A stretch of DNA of 63,293 nt from an uncultured Candidatus Saccharibacteria bacterium (GCA_964354985.1 CAYHBR010000004.1:1-63293); one strand, 5' to 3'; positions 9,838-20,806 are shown, numbered from the stretch's first letter. Notes: a model not told the origin generated them from the letters alone. Numbers and translations are program-made.

Positions 9838-10323
9838 ATGGAATTTTCAGTAGAAAAATTCAATAAAGTAAAACATGAGGCGGAAGATTTCTATTCAAAG
9901 ATTATCTCTGTGCGTTGTCCGTATTTTGAAGAAAATGTGCATTTCAATGCTAAGGGCTTAGAACATTTAATCTTTAAAGAATGGAACAAAACCCGTCTTA
10001 TCGCTGATCAATTCATTAGATTTAAATACTTAAATCTTGCTCCGGAAGTTATTAGCCACTCAAAAACACTTCAGGGCATTTGGATGACGCAGAAATTTGA
10101 AAGGATTAAAAAGAAAAGTGGGTGGCAAAAAGTTCTTAAACTAACAACTTTCTACGAATTCATTGCGATAATGGAAATACCTAATGCAAAAATACGTATT
10201 AAAATAATCGTGAAGCAAGTAGAGGGTGGCGAAAAATATTTCCTTAGTATTATTCCTTATTGGGGAACAAATAAAATTAATGGCGAGCGAATATTATTTA
10301 GTGGTAACCCAGAGAATGACTAA
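9838..10323 (+). CDS. hypothetical protein
   Basis: 161-aa ORF with an ATG start, followed by the hairpin cccgcc-taat-ggcggg (10335-10350). Confidence 0.45.
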   Translation: MEFSVEKFNKVKHEAEDFYSKIISVRCPYFEENVHFNAKGLEHLIFKEWNKTRLIADQFIRFKYLNLAPEVISHSKTLQGIWMTQKFERIKKKSGWQKVLKLTTFYEFIAIMEIPNAKIRIKIIVKQVEGGEKYFLSIIPYWGTNKINGERILFSGNPEND

Positions 10324-10476
10324 CCATCAAAAAACCCGCCTAATGGCGGGATCTTTGATAGCACCTGGCTGCAGTTTATTTTAACCGCGAGAGAGGCGAA
10401 CCCCTCACAAGTGCCAAATACAATATAACTTACCAACAATAGAATTACAAGCACAGCGTATTGCGCTTTGAATTTG

Positions 10477-12147
10477 CTATTTATCTCCAAAACTATAAAA
10501 ATAGCCGTCGCGAGTGCCGACGAAAATCTGTCCTTTCCAGACGGCTGGAGTGGACTCTATACAAGCACCACCGGTGTGAAGCATTGTATTTGTTAATTTT
10601 GGAATTGCTGGATTTGAGAGGTCGTACTGCCTAAATCCACCAGGAGAACAGGTTACGACCAAAAGTTTTGCGCCAACCGCTTCTGTGCTCGCTGTGTCTG
10701 TGCCTGCGATCACAACAGGCGAAGACCATGCGTGCTCTCCAATATAGTCTTTGTTTGTCACACTTCCAGTTTCGCGATCGACAGTGAGTAGGTTTCCGGT
10801 GTGAGTCGCAACATATAGGTAGTTGCCAAATAATGCTGGGGTTGCCCATATTCCACCTTTTGCCATTTTTTCTTTTGGAACTTGAATGCCCCAAACATAC
10901 GGATCACCTGTTGTTTGTGTTGTTATTTGCCCGCCCGTATCTGTCGTTTGTAAAATGATAGTTTGTTTGTATGGGTCGAGCTTGATAAGTTGTCCAAGTT
11001 CAGCCGAGCGAGCATTCATTCGCTCGAGCTCCGTTGCAACATAAAGCATTCCCTTTTCGTCAACGACAATCGTCGCGTCAGTGTCATCACCTACCCAATA
11101 ATCAAAAACAATCGGTGCGATTCCTTCGGCGATTTTAGAAATATCTAAGCCGAGTATTCTCCCGCCGGAATTTGCAAAATAAACACGGTTGCCAAAAAAA
11201 GTTACTGAGTTTTCAATACTCACCATTTGATCACCGATATTTTTTAGCAGTTCATCATTCCAACCGGGCATTTTGAAAACTATTTGTGGAGCGATGGCAA
11301 CTTTTTTCTCGGCAATTTTTTCGCCGCTTACATTCATATCGACAACACTGTCCGCATCTGAAACATAACTGCGATTTATTTTCATTGTAAAAAACCAACT
11401 GTTTTCACCGCCTTCAAAAAGAAAGTCGTTTATGACAACTGGGTTTCCGTCCCAGTCATTGTTCCATTTGCCTTTTACTTCATCGGCATTCAATGCCCAG
11501 AGTTCGGTGGGAATATCGCGGTCGAGCGCGACAATGCGGAGCTTATTGTCGCGCGAGCCGAAGTAGATAAGCGGAAAACCGTCTGGATCGAGAGTTATCG
11601 AGCCTTTTATAAGATCACCGGTTTGAAATTTTGGCCTTGTTTCTTTTCCTGTCTTTGCGTCCACAAAATGCACAGCACCATCGTATGCTCCAAAAATGAC
11701 TTCAGTAATCCCATCTGGTCTTTCCCAAACTACAGGCTGTCCTGTCCAACCACTACCGCACCACTGCTTCGTCACTCCCTCTGCTTCCGAGAAGCTACAC
11801 ATAGGTTTTCCTATATTACCCAAAACATCTGTGCCTGGATAGCGCCAAAGGACTTTTGGCTCTGCTGGAAGTGGCCCAATACCATAGAAAGTGCGCGTCG
11901 GTGAACCACGAAACATAGTAAGTCCAACAACACTTCCCCACGGCTCCCCTATTTTTTTAAGACTATTTTCAATATTTGAAAAAGTCTCAGTATTTATATC
12001 CTCCACCTTTGGTGCAATTTGCTCTTTATTTTCAGTAGAATAAATAGCGTTAGAGATTTTATGATCAATAAAAAAAGCAGACAAGAAGCCTACCGACAAG
12101 AGTCCGGCGCCAAAAAATGAATACCTAAGAACTTTATTCTGAAACAT
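10477..12147 (-). CDS. membrane-anchored PQQ-like (BamB-like) beta-propeller repeat protein
   Basis: N-terminal TM, then repeated beta-propeller blades of the type G.vhfVDAKTGKE / GNLLTVDRETGSV / GYFYSFG. Confidence 0.6.
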   Translation of the reverse strand: MFQNKVLRYSFFGAGLLSVGFLSAFFIDHKISNAIYSTENKEQIAPKVEDINTETFSNIENSLKKIGEPWGSVVGLTMFRGSPTRTFYGIGPLPAEPKVLWRYPGTDVLGNIGKPMCSFSEAEGVTKQWCGSGWTGQPVVWERPDGITEVIFGAYDGAVHFVDAKTGKETRPKFQTGDLIKGSITLDPDGFPLIYFGSRDNKLRIVALDRDIPTELWALNADEVKGKWNNDWDGNPVVINDFLFEGGENSWFFTMKINRSYVSDADSVVDMNVSGEKIAEKKVAIAPQIVFKMPGWNDELLKNIGDQMVSIENSVTFFGNRVYFANSGGRILGLDISKIAEGIAPIVFDYWVGDDTDATIVVDEKGMLYVATELERMNARSAELGQLIKLDPYKQTIILQTTDTGGQITTQTTGDPYVWGIQVPKEKMAKGGIWATPALFGNYLYVATHTGNLLTVDRETGSVTNKDYIGEHAWSSPVVIAGTDTASTEAVGAKLLVVTCSPGGFRQYDLSNPAIPKLTNTMLHTGGACIESTPAVWKGQIFVGTRDGYFYSFGDK

Positions 12148-12157
12148 TATGCTGGCA

Positions 12158-13006
12158 TTATAGCAGTATTCTGAAAAATTGCTTGGCGTTTTCTATCATC
12201 GCCTTGCGAACTTCCTCCTCGTCCTCACCCCTTATAAAGGCAACAGATTTTACGATTTCGCAAACCATCCAAGGTTCGCATCTCTCATATTTTGTAGAAT
12301 CATCCAAACTTAGTGATGATGACCGAGAAAGAGTACGGTACGGCTCTGGCATTGCAAAAGGCGCATCTGTTTCAGCCATAATTGCCGAGAGAGGAAGCAT
12401 TTTTATCACTTCATCAAAGTCGTGCGAAAAAGTTATTGGCCCGTCAAATGACATCGTATGACCCGCATTGAGCGCTTGTTTTGCAATTTCAATATCACCA
12501 ACAAAGAAATGGAAGTTAGCTTTAACTTCAGGATAATTTGAGAGAATTTTTAATGTCTCTTCGTATGCATCCATTGTGTTGCGACTCGGTCTCGCATGAA
12601 TCATTAGTGGTTTATTAAACCGCTGTGCTAAAACAACTTGTTTTATAAATATTTCTTTTTGCACCTCAAAAAGTGTCTTGTCGTTTTTAGAAATACTTTC
12701 TTTGCTCATTCGAAAAAAGTCGAAACCGCACTCGCCTACTGCTACCACTTTGGGGTGTTTAACTATTTCCTCAAATGCTATTTCATCGAGGTTTTCTCCC
12801 GAATCATTTGGATGTAGCCCAACTGTTGCCCAAATATTCGGGCTCATTTCAGCTATCTCTATTGCCCTCCGAGATGATGCCAAATCAGTTCCGACACAGA
12901 TAGTTGCAGTTCCCTCTTTCTCAATTTTTTTTATCGCACTTTCCAAGTCGGCTGAAAATTCCGGCAGATTGAAGTGAGAGTGAATGTCGATGTATTTTAT
13001 TTCCAT
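12158..13006 (-). CDS. tatD: TatD-family metal-dependent hydrolase/DNase
   Basis: IDIHSHFN start, GLHPN, GECGFDF and ETDAPF are TatD signature segments. Confidence 0.85.
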   Translation of the reverse strand: MEIKYIDIHSHFNLPEFSADLESAIKKIEKEGTATICVGTDLASSRRAIEIAEMSPNIWATVGLHPNDSGENLDEIAFEEIVKHPKVVAVGECGFDFFRMSKESISKNDKTLFEVQKEIFIKQVVLAQRFNKPLMIHARPSRNTMDAYEETLKILSNYPEVKANFHFFVGDIEIAKQALNAGHTMSFDGPITFSHDFDEVIKMLPLSAIMAETDAPFAMPEPYRTLSRSSSLSLDDSTKYERCEPWMVCEIVKSVAFIRGEDEEEVRKAMIENAKQFFRILL

Positions 13007-13024
13007 ATTTACTATATTGATGTC

Positions 13025-14512
13025 TTATATTCTCTGGAACAAAGGCTTCTCTGGCTTCTTGTTTTCTTTGATTAAACTTTTTATCACGCTAGAGGTCTTT
13101 GGCATAAATGGCTCAAGGTAGAGAGCCAGCCCATACAAGTGAAATAGAACGCGATGAACATCTTCTTTTGCTGTTTCAGGATCTGTTTTAATTTTTTTAA
13201 ATGGTTCGTTCTTTTGGATATCTTCATCGAGTGATTTTAGGTTTAACCAAATATCTTCCATTCTTTTTACAATTTCGAAATTCTCAAGTTGTGTATCCAA
13301 AACATCTCCGTACATAACTATTTTCTTTTCGTCGTCAGAAAGTTCTACTCCATACGTAACAGCCATATTCATTGTTCGCGACACAAGGTTTCCAAGACCA
13401 TTTGCGAGATTGGAATTGTAGTGCTCTATCATTCCCTCCATAGTTATATCTGAATCCTCAAAAGAATTTGTATGGCGCAGTAAAATATAACGCAAAACAT
13501 CCGAAGATAAATCCTCTGCGACTGGCTGGAATACACCGACCACATCATACGGGGAGATAACATTGCCAAGAGACTTACTCATCTTTTGTCCACCAGAATT
13601 TATAAAACCATTTATTATTATATGATCAGTACAAGGCAATCCGGCAGACAAAAGCATTGCTTGCCAAGTAAGTGACTGTTGACGAGTATTATCTTTTCCG
13701 CAATATTGAACCTTTTCGCCATTCTCCCAAAATTTTTCATAATTATTTTCGCCATCATTTTTATCATCTAAATTTGGCCAGCCTAGTGTCGAAATATAAT
13801 TTGTCAGTGCATCAAACCAAACATACATAACTTGGCTCTCGTCTCCCGGAACAGCAACACCCCACGGCATTTTCTCTCGACTGCGTGAAATAGAGAAATC
13901 CTGTAAACCACGAGAAAGAAACGCCTTCATTTCATTGAAGCGAAAATCAGGAATAACAAGTCGTGGATTTTCTTCATAAAGTTTCTCGAGCAATGGTGTC
14001 ACTTTCGAAAGTGCAAAAAAATAATTTTCTTCGTCAATAAGCTCAAGCTCTCTGTTTGGGTGAAGTGGACAATGTCCATTTTCATCGAGCTCCGAGTCAG
14101 TCTTGTCGAGTTCGCAACCAACGCAGTATTTTGCGCTGTATTTTCCTTTGTAAATATAACCGCGATTATCACATACTTTCCAAAGTGCCTGTGCGGCAAA
14201 TTCATGGCCTTCGTCTGTTGTGCGGATAAAATTGATATCTTTTGAAATTCCAAGCAAATCAGTTAGTCCACGGAATTTCTCCGCGTATTCATCGACATAT
14301 TCTTTGACATCTTTGCCGGATTTTTTAGCAGACTCCCAAAGTTTCAGTCCGTGCTCGTCTGTACCTGTATTAAAAAACACTTCTCTACCTGTTAGTTTTT
14401 TGTATCGGGCAATAGTGTCGGCGCGAATTATTTCCATCGCAAAACCAATATGTGGATTTGTATTCACATACGGCAAGGTCGTTGTTATGTAAAAAGGTTT
14501 AGATTTGTCCAT
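13025..14512 (-). CDS. metG: methionine--tRNA ligase
   Basis: FYITTTLPYVNTNPHIGF (HIGH region), a CxxC...C..H zinc knuckle (CVGCELDK...HCPLH) and KMSKSLGN. ATG at 14512 is preferred over the TTG at 14518. Confidence 0.95.
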   Translation of the reverse strand: MDKSKPFYITTTLPYVNTNPHIGFAMEIIRADTIARYKKLTGREVFFNTGTDEHGLKLWESAKKSGKDVKEYVDEYAEKFRGLTDLLGISKDINFIRTTDEGHEFAAQALWKVCDNRGYIYKGKYSAKYCVGCELDKTDSELDENGHCPLHPNRELELIDEENYFFALSKVTPLLEKLYEENPRLVIPDFRFNEMKAFLSRGLQDFSISRSREKMPWGVAVPGDESQVMYVWFDALTNYISTLGWPNLDDKNDGENNYEKFWENGEKVQYCGKDNTRQQSLTWQAMLLSAGLPCTDHIIINGFINSGGQKMSKSLGNVISPYDVVGVFQPVAEDLSSDVLRYILLRHTNSFEDSDITMEGMIEHYNSNLANGLGNLVSRTMNMAVTYGVELSDDEKKIVMYGDVLDTQLENFEIVKRMEDIWLNLKSLDEDIQKNEPFKKIKTDPETAKEDVHRVLFHLYGLALYLEPFMPKTSSVIKSLIKENKKPEKPLFQRI

Positions 14513-15560
14513 CTTCAAATGCTACCTTTTTTTTCTCGACGTCGTCAACATATTCAAGTAATGCGACTGTAACTGGAATAGCCAAGATCAGTCCCCAAAA
14601 ACCAGCAAGTTCATATCCTGCCAAAACTGACAAAATAACAACAAGTGGAGATATCCCGACTACCCGCTTGATAACGAGTGGCTGAAAAACATAGCCTTCT
14701 ATTTGTTGAATTATAAAATATGAAACAGCAACAAGCACGGCAAGCTTTAGACCACCTTGCACAAAAGCAAAGCCGGCAGCCGGAATCATCGCAAGTGTGA
14801 CACCAAAAGGAATGAGTTCAAATATTCCAGTTGCGAGCGCTAAAATAAGTGCGTATGGAATACCGAGCAAAGTAAGCACAATAAAAATCATAACGGCAAC
14901 TATTAAACCTAAGATGAGTTGTCCTTTGAGCCAAAGCGCTATTTTGTGTTGCGTACGATCCCAAAGGCCGACTACATAGTTCTCGTGTTTAATGGGAGTA
15001 ACGATTCTCAAAAACTTCTGGACGCCGTTTTCTTGGATTGAAAGATAGAAAGAAACTATGAAAATAAGAATGACATTTACTATTCCACCAAAGATTGCAA
15101 ATAAAGAAGCAAAAAATCCACCAGAGACACTAGCTGCGAATTTTTGAATTGAACTCGTAAGGTCACTAAGAGATCCTGAACCTATAGAAGTCACAAAGTT
15201 TGAAGCATTATTTAGGTTGTCTGCTGTCCCCTGAAAACCAGGCGATGAAATATAGTTTGAAAGATATTCAAGCAAGCGCGAGGTTTCTGTTATTAGAAGC
15301 GGTACAAAAAGATAGAAAACGCCAGAGAAAATTAAAATCAAAATTGCATAAACCAAAATAACGGAAAGCATTCTTCCGATACCGATCTTTTTAAAACGGC
15401 GAATTGCTGCTTCGGCAAAAGAGGCAAAGACAACTGCGGTTAAAACAACGAGCACGATATTCCGCAAAACAAAAAGTGCGTATAAAAGTAACCCGAAGAG
15501 AAGTACACGGATAATTGTACCGGTTGATATTACGACTAGACGCTTATCTTCATGTTCCAT
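14499..15560 (-). CDS. AI-2E family transporter (PerM/UPF0118)
   Basis: Polytopic membrane protein with typical family length and pattern. The start was moved to the ATG (MEHEDK) at 15560, which removes the overlap with the upstream gene. Confidence 0.7.
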   Translation of the reverse strand: MEHEDKRLVVISTGTIIRVLLFGLLLYALFVLRNIVLVVLTAVVFASFAEAAIRRFKKIGIGRMLSVILVYAILILIFSGVFYLFVPLLITETSRLLEYLSNYISSPGFQGTADNLNNASNFVTSIGSGSLSDLTSSIQKFAASVSGGFFASLFAIFGGIVNVILIFIVSFYLSIQENGVQKFLRIVTPIKHENYVVGLWDRTQHKIALWLKGQLILGLIVAVMIFIVLTLLGIPYALILALATGIFELIPFGVTLAMIPAAGFAFVQGGLKLAVLVAVSYFIIQQIEGYVFQPLVIKRVVGISPLVVILSVLAGYELAGFWGLILAIPVTVALLEYVDDVEKKKVAFEDGQI

Positions 15561-15576
15561 TGCTTGTATCGTACAC

Positions 15577-16839
15577 CTAAGGCAAGAACTTCTCAAGCTC
15601 TAGGCTGTCGGCCGTAGGACCGACAGCCGACAAACGGAAATTTTCCGGTTTAAATAATTCTCCTGCTACACGCAAGATGTCTTCTTTTGTGACCGCGTCG
15701 ATCTTTCTCGATCTTTCTTCGGGAAGTTCGAGTTCATGATTGAAAAGGTGTGAGCTTCCATAAAAATTGGCAACATTTTCATTGTCTTCTAGTCCCATAA
15801 GCAAACTTGATTTACGGTATTTTTTCGCAAGAGAAAGCTCGAGATCACTAACAGGCTCTTTGGCTATTTTCTGAAATTCGGTGATCATTGCAGGTAAAAC
15901 TATTGAAATACCTTTTGGGTCTAGTCCTGTTCCGCCATAAAAAACACCGTAGCCTTCAGCGGCGGACTGATTTGCAAAAACATAATATCCGTAGCCGAGC
16001 TCTTCTCTAATGCGCTGGAAAAGGCGCGATGACATTGTTCCTCCTAAAATAGTTGCCAGCATTCCTGCAATAAAACGATCGGGGTGATCGTAACCAAAAC
16101 TTCGAACGCCGAGCAAAATATGCATTTGTTCACTGTCGTCTTTTTTTACTTTTACCCTGCCGTCAAATCCTTCGCCTATTTTTACAACAGGTGTCGGTTC
16201 GCAAACAACTGCATCATTAAAATATTTTTCAATTTCTAAAAATGCATCGTCGTGTGTCACACCACCTGCCACAACTACAACTGTACCAGCTGGGCTGTAA
16301 TGTTTTTTATGCCATTCAACAAGTCTTTCACGAGTAACACTTCGGACAGTTTCTTCAGAACCGATAATAGGCCTACCGGCAGGCAAACCTGCGAAGACTA
16401 GGCTATCAAAAATCTGATCAACCATTGCTCTTGGTTCATCCATATACATTTTAATTTCATCAACGATAACACCTTTCTCTTTTTGAAGCTCAGCTTCTGG
16501 AAAAATAGAGTTGTAGTAAATATCAGCAAGTATTTCGAGGCTTTCTGCAAAATCTGGGAGCGCTGTCTTGGCATGATAGCCGGTGTATTGATTGCCAGTA
16601 AAAGCATTTATGTGTGCACCGAGCGCGTCAAATTCACGCGAAATCTGGAGCGCGTTTGGGCGTTTTGTGGTGCCCTTGAAACACATATGTTCTAAGAAGT
16701 GCGCCATCCCTGCATCGATGTCTGTCTCGTTGTTTGAGCCAACACGGGAAAGAATCATCGTGGTTTGACTGAGCGATTCCGGCATATAAACCGAAACCAC
16801 TCGCACACCATTTTTAAGTTCGTGGGTTTTTATTTGCAT
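15577..16839 (-). CDS. M16-family zinc peptidase (insulinase/pitrilysin-like)
   Basis: Inverted zinc motif HFLEHMCFKGT (HxxEH) near the N-terminus; 420 aa. Confidence 0.88.
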   Translation of the reverse strand: MQIKTHELKNGVRVVSVYMPESLSQTTMILSRVGSNNETDIDAGMAHFLEHMCFKGTTKRPNALQISREFDALGAHINAFTGNQYTGYHAKTALPDFAESLEILADIYYNSIFPEAELQKEKGVIVDEIKMYMDEPRAMVDQIFDSLVFAGLPAGRPIIGSEETVRSVTRERLVEWHKKHYSPAGTVVVVAGGVTHDDAFLEIEKYFNDAVVCEPTPVVKIGEGFDGRVKVKKDDSEQMHILLGVRSFGYDHPDRFIAGMLATILGGTMSSRLFQRIREELGYGYYVFANQSAAEGYGVFYGGTGLDPKGISIVLPAMITEFQKIAKEPVSDLELSLAKKYRKSSLLMGLEDNENVANFYGSSHLFNHELELPEERSRKIDAVTKEDILRVAGELFKPENFRLSAVGPTADSLELEKFLP

Positions 16840-16912
16840 GTTTTTGTTTTCTTTGGGGCGAAAAAATTCTTTGAATTTTTTCGCCCCACTGGCGGGTTGC
16901 CAGCCTAATCTA

Positions 16913-18229
16913 CTAAAAAATCCTTTGCTTTATAAAAGAAGCAAGCTCTACGATAGGTACCCTTTCCTGTTCTCCATTGTCACGATACCGGATAGTTACA
17001 GTGTCTAAGTTTTCAGGATTTTCACCAAGTGTATCAAAGTCAACAACTATACAAAAAGGAGTACCGATCTCATCTTGTCTGCGATAGCGTTTTCCAATGT
17101 TGCCGTTGTCATCGTAACTTATTCGGCCGAATTCTTTTTTGAGCGCCGAGAATACTGCGCGAGCTTTTTCTACAAGTTCTGGTTTATTTCGCAAAAGAGG
17201 CGAAACAGAGGCAAGCACGGGCGCAATATGTGGCGCAAGTTTCAAATAAGCACGGGTTTCTCCTCCCATCTCATCTTCTGTATAAGCAGAAAGTAGTACC
17301 GCCAAGAAGGCGCGTTCTACTCCAAAAGATGGCTCAATAACATGAGGAACTATTTTCTCGCCAGTTTCCTCATCTTGATAATCTATTTTATGACAAGTAA
17401 GATCAAAATTGCCACGATAAGCAAGTCCGAAAAGTTCTTTCTGTCCAAACGGGTATTCGAACTCGAAATCTGAAGTTCGTTTTGAATAATGAGCCAAGTC
17501 CTCTTTTGGAATATCTATTACATGAACTTTCGACATATCAAGTCCAATACTTTCCATCCAATCAGACATTTCCTTTTTCCAATATTCAAATTGTTTTTCC
17601 CAATCATCCTCACGTATGTAATATTCTATTTCCATCTGCTCAAATTCACGAGTTCGAAAAATAAAATCACGTGGTGTTATTTCATTTCGAAAAGCTTTAC
17701 CAATCTGAGCCATACCAAAAGGAAGTTTCGGATGATACGCATCTACTGTATTTTTAAAGTTTACAAAAATACCCTGAGCTGTTTCTGGGCGAAGATATGC
17801 AGTCGAAGCACTGTCCTCTGCTGCGCCAATCTTTGTTGAGAACATCATATTAAACTGGCGAGATTCACCGAGTGCCCCTCCACAGTCAGCACATTTTTTA
17901 ACATCTTCTATCTGGTCTGTTCTAAATCTATGATTACATTTACTGCACTCAACCATTGGATCAGCAAAACCAGCAACATGCCCCGATGCTTCCCAAACTT
18001 CACTACGCATAAGTATTGCCGCTCGGATACCGTACATATCTTCTCGATCAGAAACAAATTTCTTCCACCAAGAACTTTTTATACTGTTCAACAATTCTGC
18101 TCCGAGATGTCCGTAGTCCCAAGCACCAGCGAGGCCACCGTATATTTCAGAACCCTGAAAAATAAAACCGCGTCGCTTGCAAAGCGATATTATTTTTTCC
18201 ATTGTGATGTTTTTTTCTTCTTCTTTCAT
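16913..18229 (-). CDS. glyQS: glycine--tRNA ligase (alpha2 type)
   Basis: LCKRRGFIFQGSEIYGGLAGAWDYGHLG, class II motifs, 438 aa. Confidence 0.93.
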   Translation of the reverse strand: MKEEEKNITMEKIISLCKRRGFIFQGSEIYGGLAGAWDYGHLGAELLNSIKSSWWKKFVSDREDMYGIRAAILMRSEVWEASGHVAGFADPMVECSKCNHRFRTDQIEDVKKCADCGGALGESRQFNMMFSTKIGAAEDSASTAYLRPETAQGIFVNFKNTVDAYHPKLPFGMAQIGKAFRNEITPRDFIFRTREFEQMEIEYYIREDDWEKQFEYWKKEMSDWMESIGLDMSKVHVIDIPKEDLAHYSKRTSDFEFEYPFGQKELFGLAYRGNFDLTCHKIDYQDEETGEKIVPHVIEPSFGVERAFLAVLLSAYTEDEMGGETRAYLKLAPHIAPVLASVSPLLRNKPELVEKARAVFSALKKEFGRISYDDNGNIGKRYRRQDEIGTPFCIVVDFDTLGENPENLDTVTIRYRDNGEQERVPIVELASFIKQRIF

Positions 18230-18243
18230 TTTTTTTAAAATTA

Positions 18244-20211
18244 TTATTGTATTACTTTTTGTCCATTTGGCGGAAAATTTAGTTCGCCAGCAATGAGTGT
18301 CGTGAGCTTGATAGTTAATTTTCGAATTGGATTATTGGTAAACAAATCCGTTGCGGTAAATATTGCTTCGTTGAGCAGATTTGGAGTACTGCCAACCTGC
18401 GAAGTCGAGGGCTTTATCATTACTTGAAATGCCACCGTTTTAGCTGGGACAACAAACCCTGTTCCCCTGGCAACATTGCCAACATTCCAAATAACTTCTT
18501 TCGTCGTGTCGTTATATTTTAGATCTTCATTTGAGCCTGGGTCGAGCTTCACAAAAGAAACGTTGGCAGGCAGTGTTGATCTAACTTCACTCTTAGAGGC
18601 CTTATTGCTCGTATTTGTGATTGTCCACAATAAAGTATATGTTGTTTCAGCCCCAACCTTTGGTGGAATTGGTCCCAAATTTGTTATCGGACCAGTCGAG
18701 TATAGCGTCTTACCTGAAAGTTGCAAATCGGTGTTTATTTTAAAGTCCTTTTTTTCAAAACCATTCAATTCTTTCATAACAACGCCTTCACTAGGCTGGC
18801 TGCCTTTTATACTGATTTCAATAGTAATAGTTGGATCTGGAATAACGGTATTTGAGCCTGCCAAAAGTGAAAGTGAAGCAAAGCCCAGCGTGAGTTCACC
18901 TTTTGCTCCAGGTTGCATTGTTACAAATCCTGGCACTGTATTTACATCCCAAATTACTTCGCCGGTATTTGAGTCATAAAACCCACTTGATGTTATCGAA
19001 GCCTTATTTAACGCATTGCCGTAAATCTTAGCTCTTATTTCTACATTGTTTACCGAAGCAGGTAGATTGTTTGCCCACTTAATTTTAGTCTCGATTTTGT
19101 CTGAAGCATTTACTGCAAAAGTCTCCAAATCTTTTCCACCAAGAGTCAGCGTCGCATTTATAAATGGTTGCCCGATAGTTACTTCTTGAACAGTCGTATT
19201 ATAAAGAACAGCAATCAGTGAGCCGTCTTTGGTATCGCTATCTCCTGCTGAAATTCGGAAGGCTTTTATATCGCCGTTGATTCCAATAACCTTGCCTCTG
19301 ATTGAAATAATGTTTTCAGAGCCGACGGAAGTTTTTGAAAGTGGAAAAATATTATTTCCCAATATTGGACTTGGTGTTGCATCCACAAAACGAAAACCGG
19401 GTGGATAGTCGACTTTGACAATTGCATTTTTTCCAAGATGAGTGGATGCGACAGATGCTTTTATTTTCAATTCATAATCTTGCCCTGAAACACTCTCGGC
19501 TGGAGCATCTATCGAAAGGACGAGTGGCGCCGTATTTATTTGAATCTTAAAAATTTCTTCTTTGGTAAAAGTAGAAATAGAACCTCTGACATTGTATTCG
19601 AGTCTGGCGCGAATATCTTTGGTAGTTCCTTGTTCTCCGTACAAAATTACTGAAACATGTTCACTGACTTCTTCTCCTGGAGAAATAGATTTCAATGTTA
19701 TGCGTTTTCGTTCATAGTCGCCGGCACTCGCAGTGCTTCCACCTCGTGGGTATTCTATTATCAAATCAGCACTGTCTATCGAAACAGAATTTTCATTTTT
19801 AACAATTACATCTATCGGCAACTCCTCACCACCTGCGGTGTAAGAATTTCCTAAAATTGTGATTATTACTCTCTCTGTCGAAACTGTATTTTCGCCAGTA
19901 TAGAGCATTGCAAAAGCAAAAATAACTCCAATTACTAAAAATAAAACGGCGCCGACAAAAAACTTTTTGAATAAGGATGATGGTGCTCTAAAATTTATTA
20001 TTTGTTTTTTTACAGGTTTCATTTTTTCTTCTTGCCATGTTTCTCCTACTTCAAATTCTTTGTGACTAAAAACTCCTTCTTTGTTTTTTCGAAGAAGTGC
20101 CTCGTTTTTGGAAAAAAGTTTTTTCTTGAGCGCCTCAAGACGGCTGGTTCGGTTGGGGTCTATATTTGGATTATTACTTTGATATTTATTTGGGTCTTTG
20201 ATATCGTCCAT
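18244..20211 (-). CDS. large membrane-anchored extracytoplasmic hypothetical protein (beta-rich)
   Basis: Long ORF. The ATG (MDDIKDP) at 20211 is preferred over the TTG at 20271, which overlaps recO. One TM (FVGAVLFLVIGVIFAFAMLY), then about 550 aa of beta-rich sequence. Confidence 0.6.
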   Translation of the reverse strand: MDDIKDPNKYQSNNPNIDPNRTSRLEALKKKLFSKNEALLRKNKEGVFSHKEFEVGETWQEEKMKPVKKQIINFRAPSSLFKKFFVGAVLFLVIGVIFAFAMLYTGENTVSTERVIITILGNSYTAGGEELPIDVIVKNENSVSIDSADLIIEYPRGGSTASAGDYERKRITLKSISPGEEVSEHVSVILYGEQGTTKDIRARLEYNVRGSISTFTKEEIFKIQINTAPLVLSIDAPAESVSGQDYELKIKASVASTHLGKNAIVKVDYPPGFRFVDATPSPILGNNIFPLSKTSVGSENIISIRGKVIGINGDIKAFRISAGDSDTKDGSLIAVLYNTTVQEVTIGQPFINATLTLGGKDLETFAVNASDKIETKIKWANNLPASVNNVEIRAKIYGNALNKASITSSGFYDSNTGEVIWDVNTVPGFVTMQPGAKGELTLGFASLSLLAGSNTVIPDPTITIEISIKGSQPSEGVVMKELNGFEKKDFKINTDLQLSGKTLYSTGPITNLGPIPPKVGAETTYTLLWTITNTSNKASKSEVRSTLPANVSFVKLDPGSNEDLKYNDTTKEVIWNVGNVARGTGFVVPAKTVAFQVMIKPSTSQVGSTPNLLNEAIFTATDLFTNNPIRKLTIKLTTLIAGELNFPPNGQKVIQ

Positions 20212-20227
20212 AGCATTTATTTTACCA

Positions 20228-20806
20228 CTAAAGCATCGTTTCGCGGAGACTGTTATTAACTTCGGCGACAAGTGATTCGCGGCGGAGTGTCACCTGGGCA
20301 AGGAGTTCGGTTGTAATCGGTGCTTCGAGTATACTTTTTTCGCCACTATCAGTGACATATCCGAGGTAAAAAAGGATACGGAATACTGCCAAAAGCTCGA
20401 GGGCAGAGGTGTCTATTTTTTTTTCTTGATTATTTTTTGATAGAAAATTCATGACCTCTATGAGTGCATCGTAGAGTGGCTCATTTTTTTCTTGCTCAGG
20501 AACTAGTCGGCGGAGTAGTGTCGCTATCCGATGAAGCACGGTAAGTGTCGCCATATCTGGTTTATCAAGACTCAAAACTAGGTCGGTGCTTCCCGCTCGA
20601 TATGCGGCCTTGGTTGCGATAAGGTCGGTTTGGACAACCATATATGGCTGGAGCGCAAAACGGAGTTTGGAGGTCAGTTTTCGTACACCCCGCGCATCCG
20701 CCCGAACAAGCCCCAAATCCCTCGTGTAGAGGACAATTTGCTTGTCCGCCTCGCCCCTAGCGTATCCGCCAAGGACGATGGCTTCGGTGTGGTGGATGTG
20801 GTGCAT
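20228..20806 (-). CDS. recO: DNA repair protein RecO (short form)
   Basis: TEAIVLGGYARGEADKQIVLYTRDLGLVRADARGVRKLTSKLR matches the RecO N-terminal OB-fold pattern. Confidence 0.7.
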   Translation of the reverse strand: MHHIHHTEAIVLGGYARGEADKQIVLYTRDLGLVRADARGVRKLTSKLRFALQPYMVVQTDLIATKAAYRAGSTDLVLSLDKPDMATLTVLHRIATLLRRLVPEQEKNEPLYDALIEVMNFLSKNNQEKKIDTSALELLAVFRILFYLGYVTDSGEKSILEAPITTELLAQVTLRRESLVAEVNNSLRETML

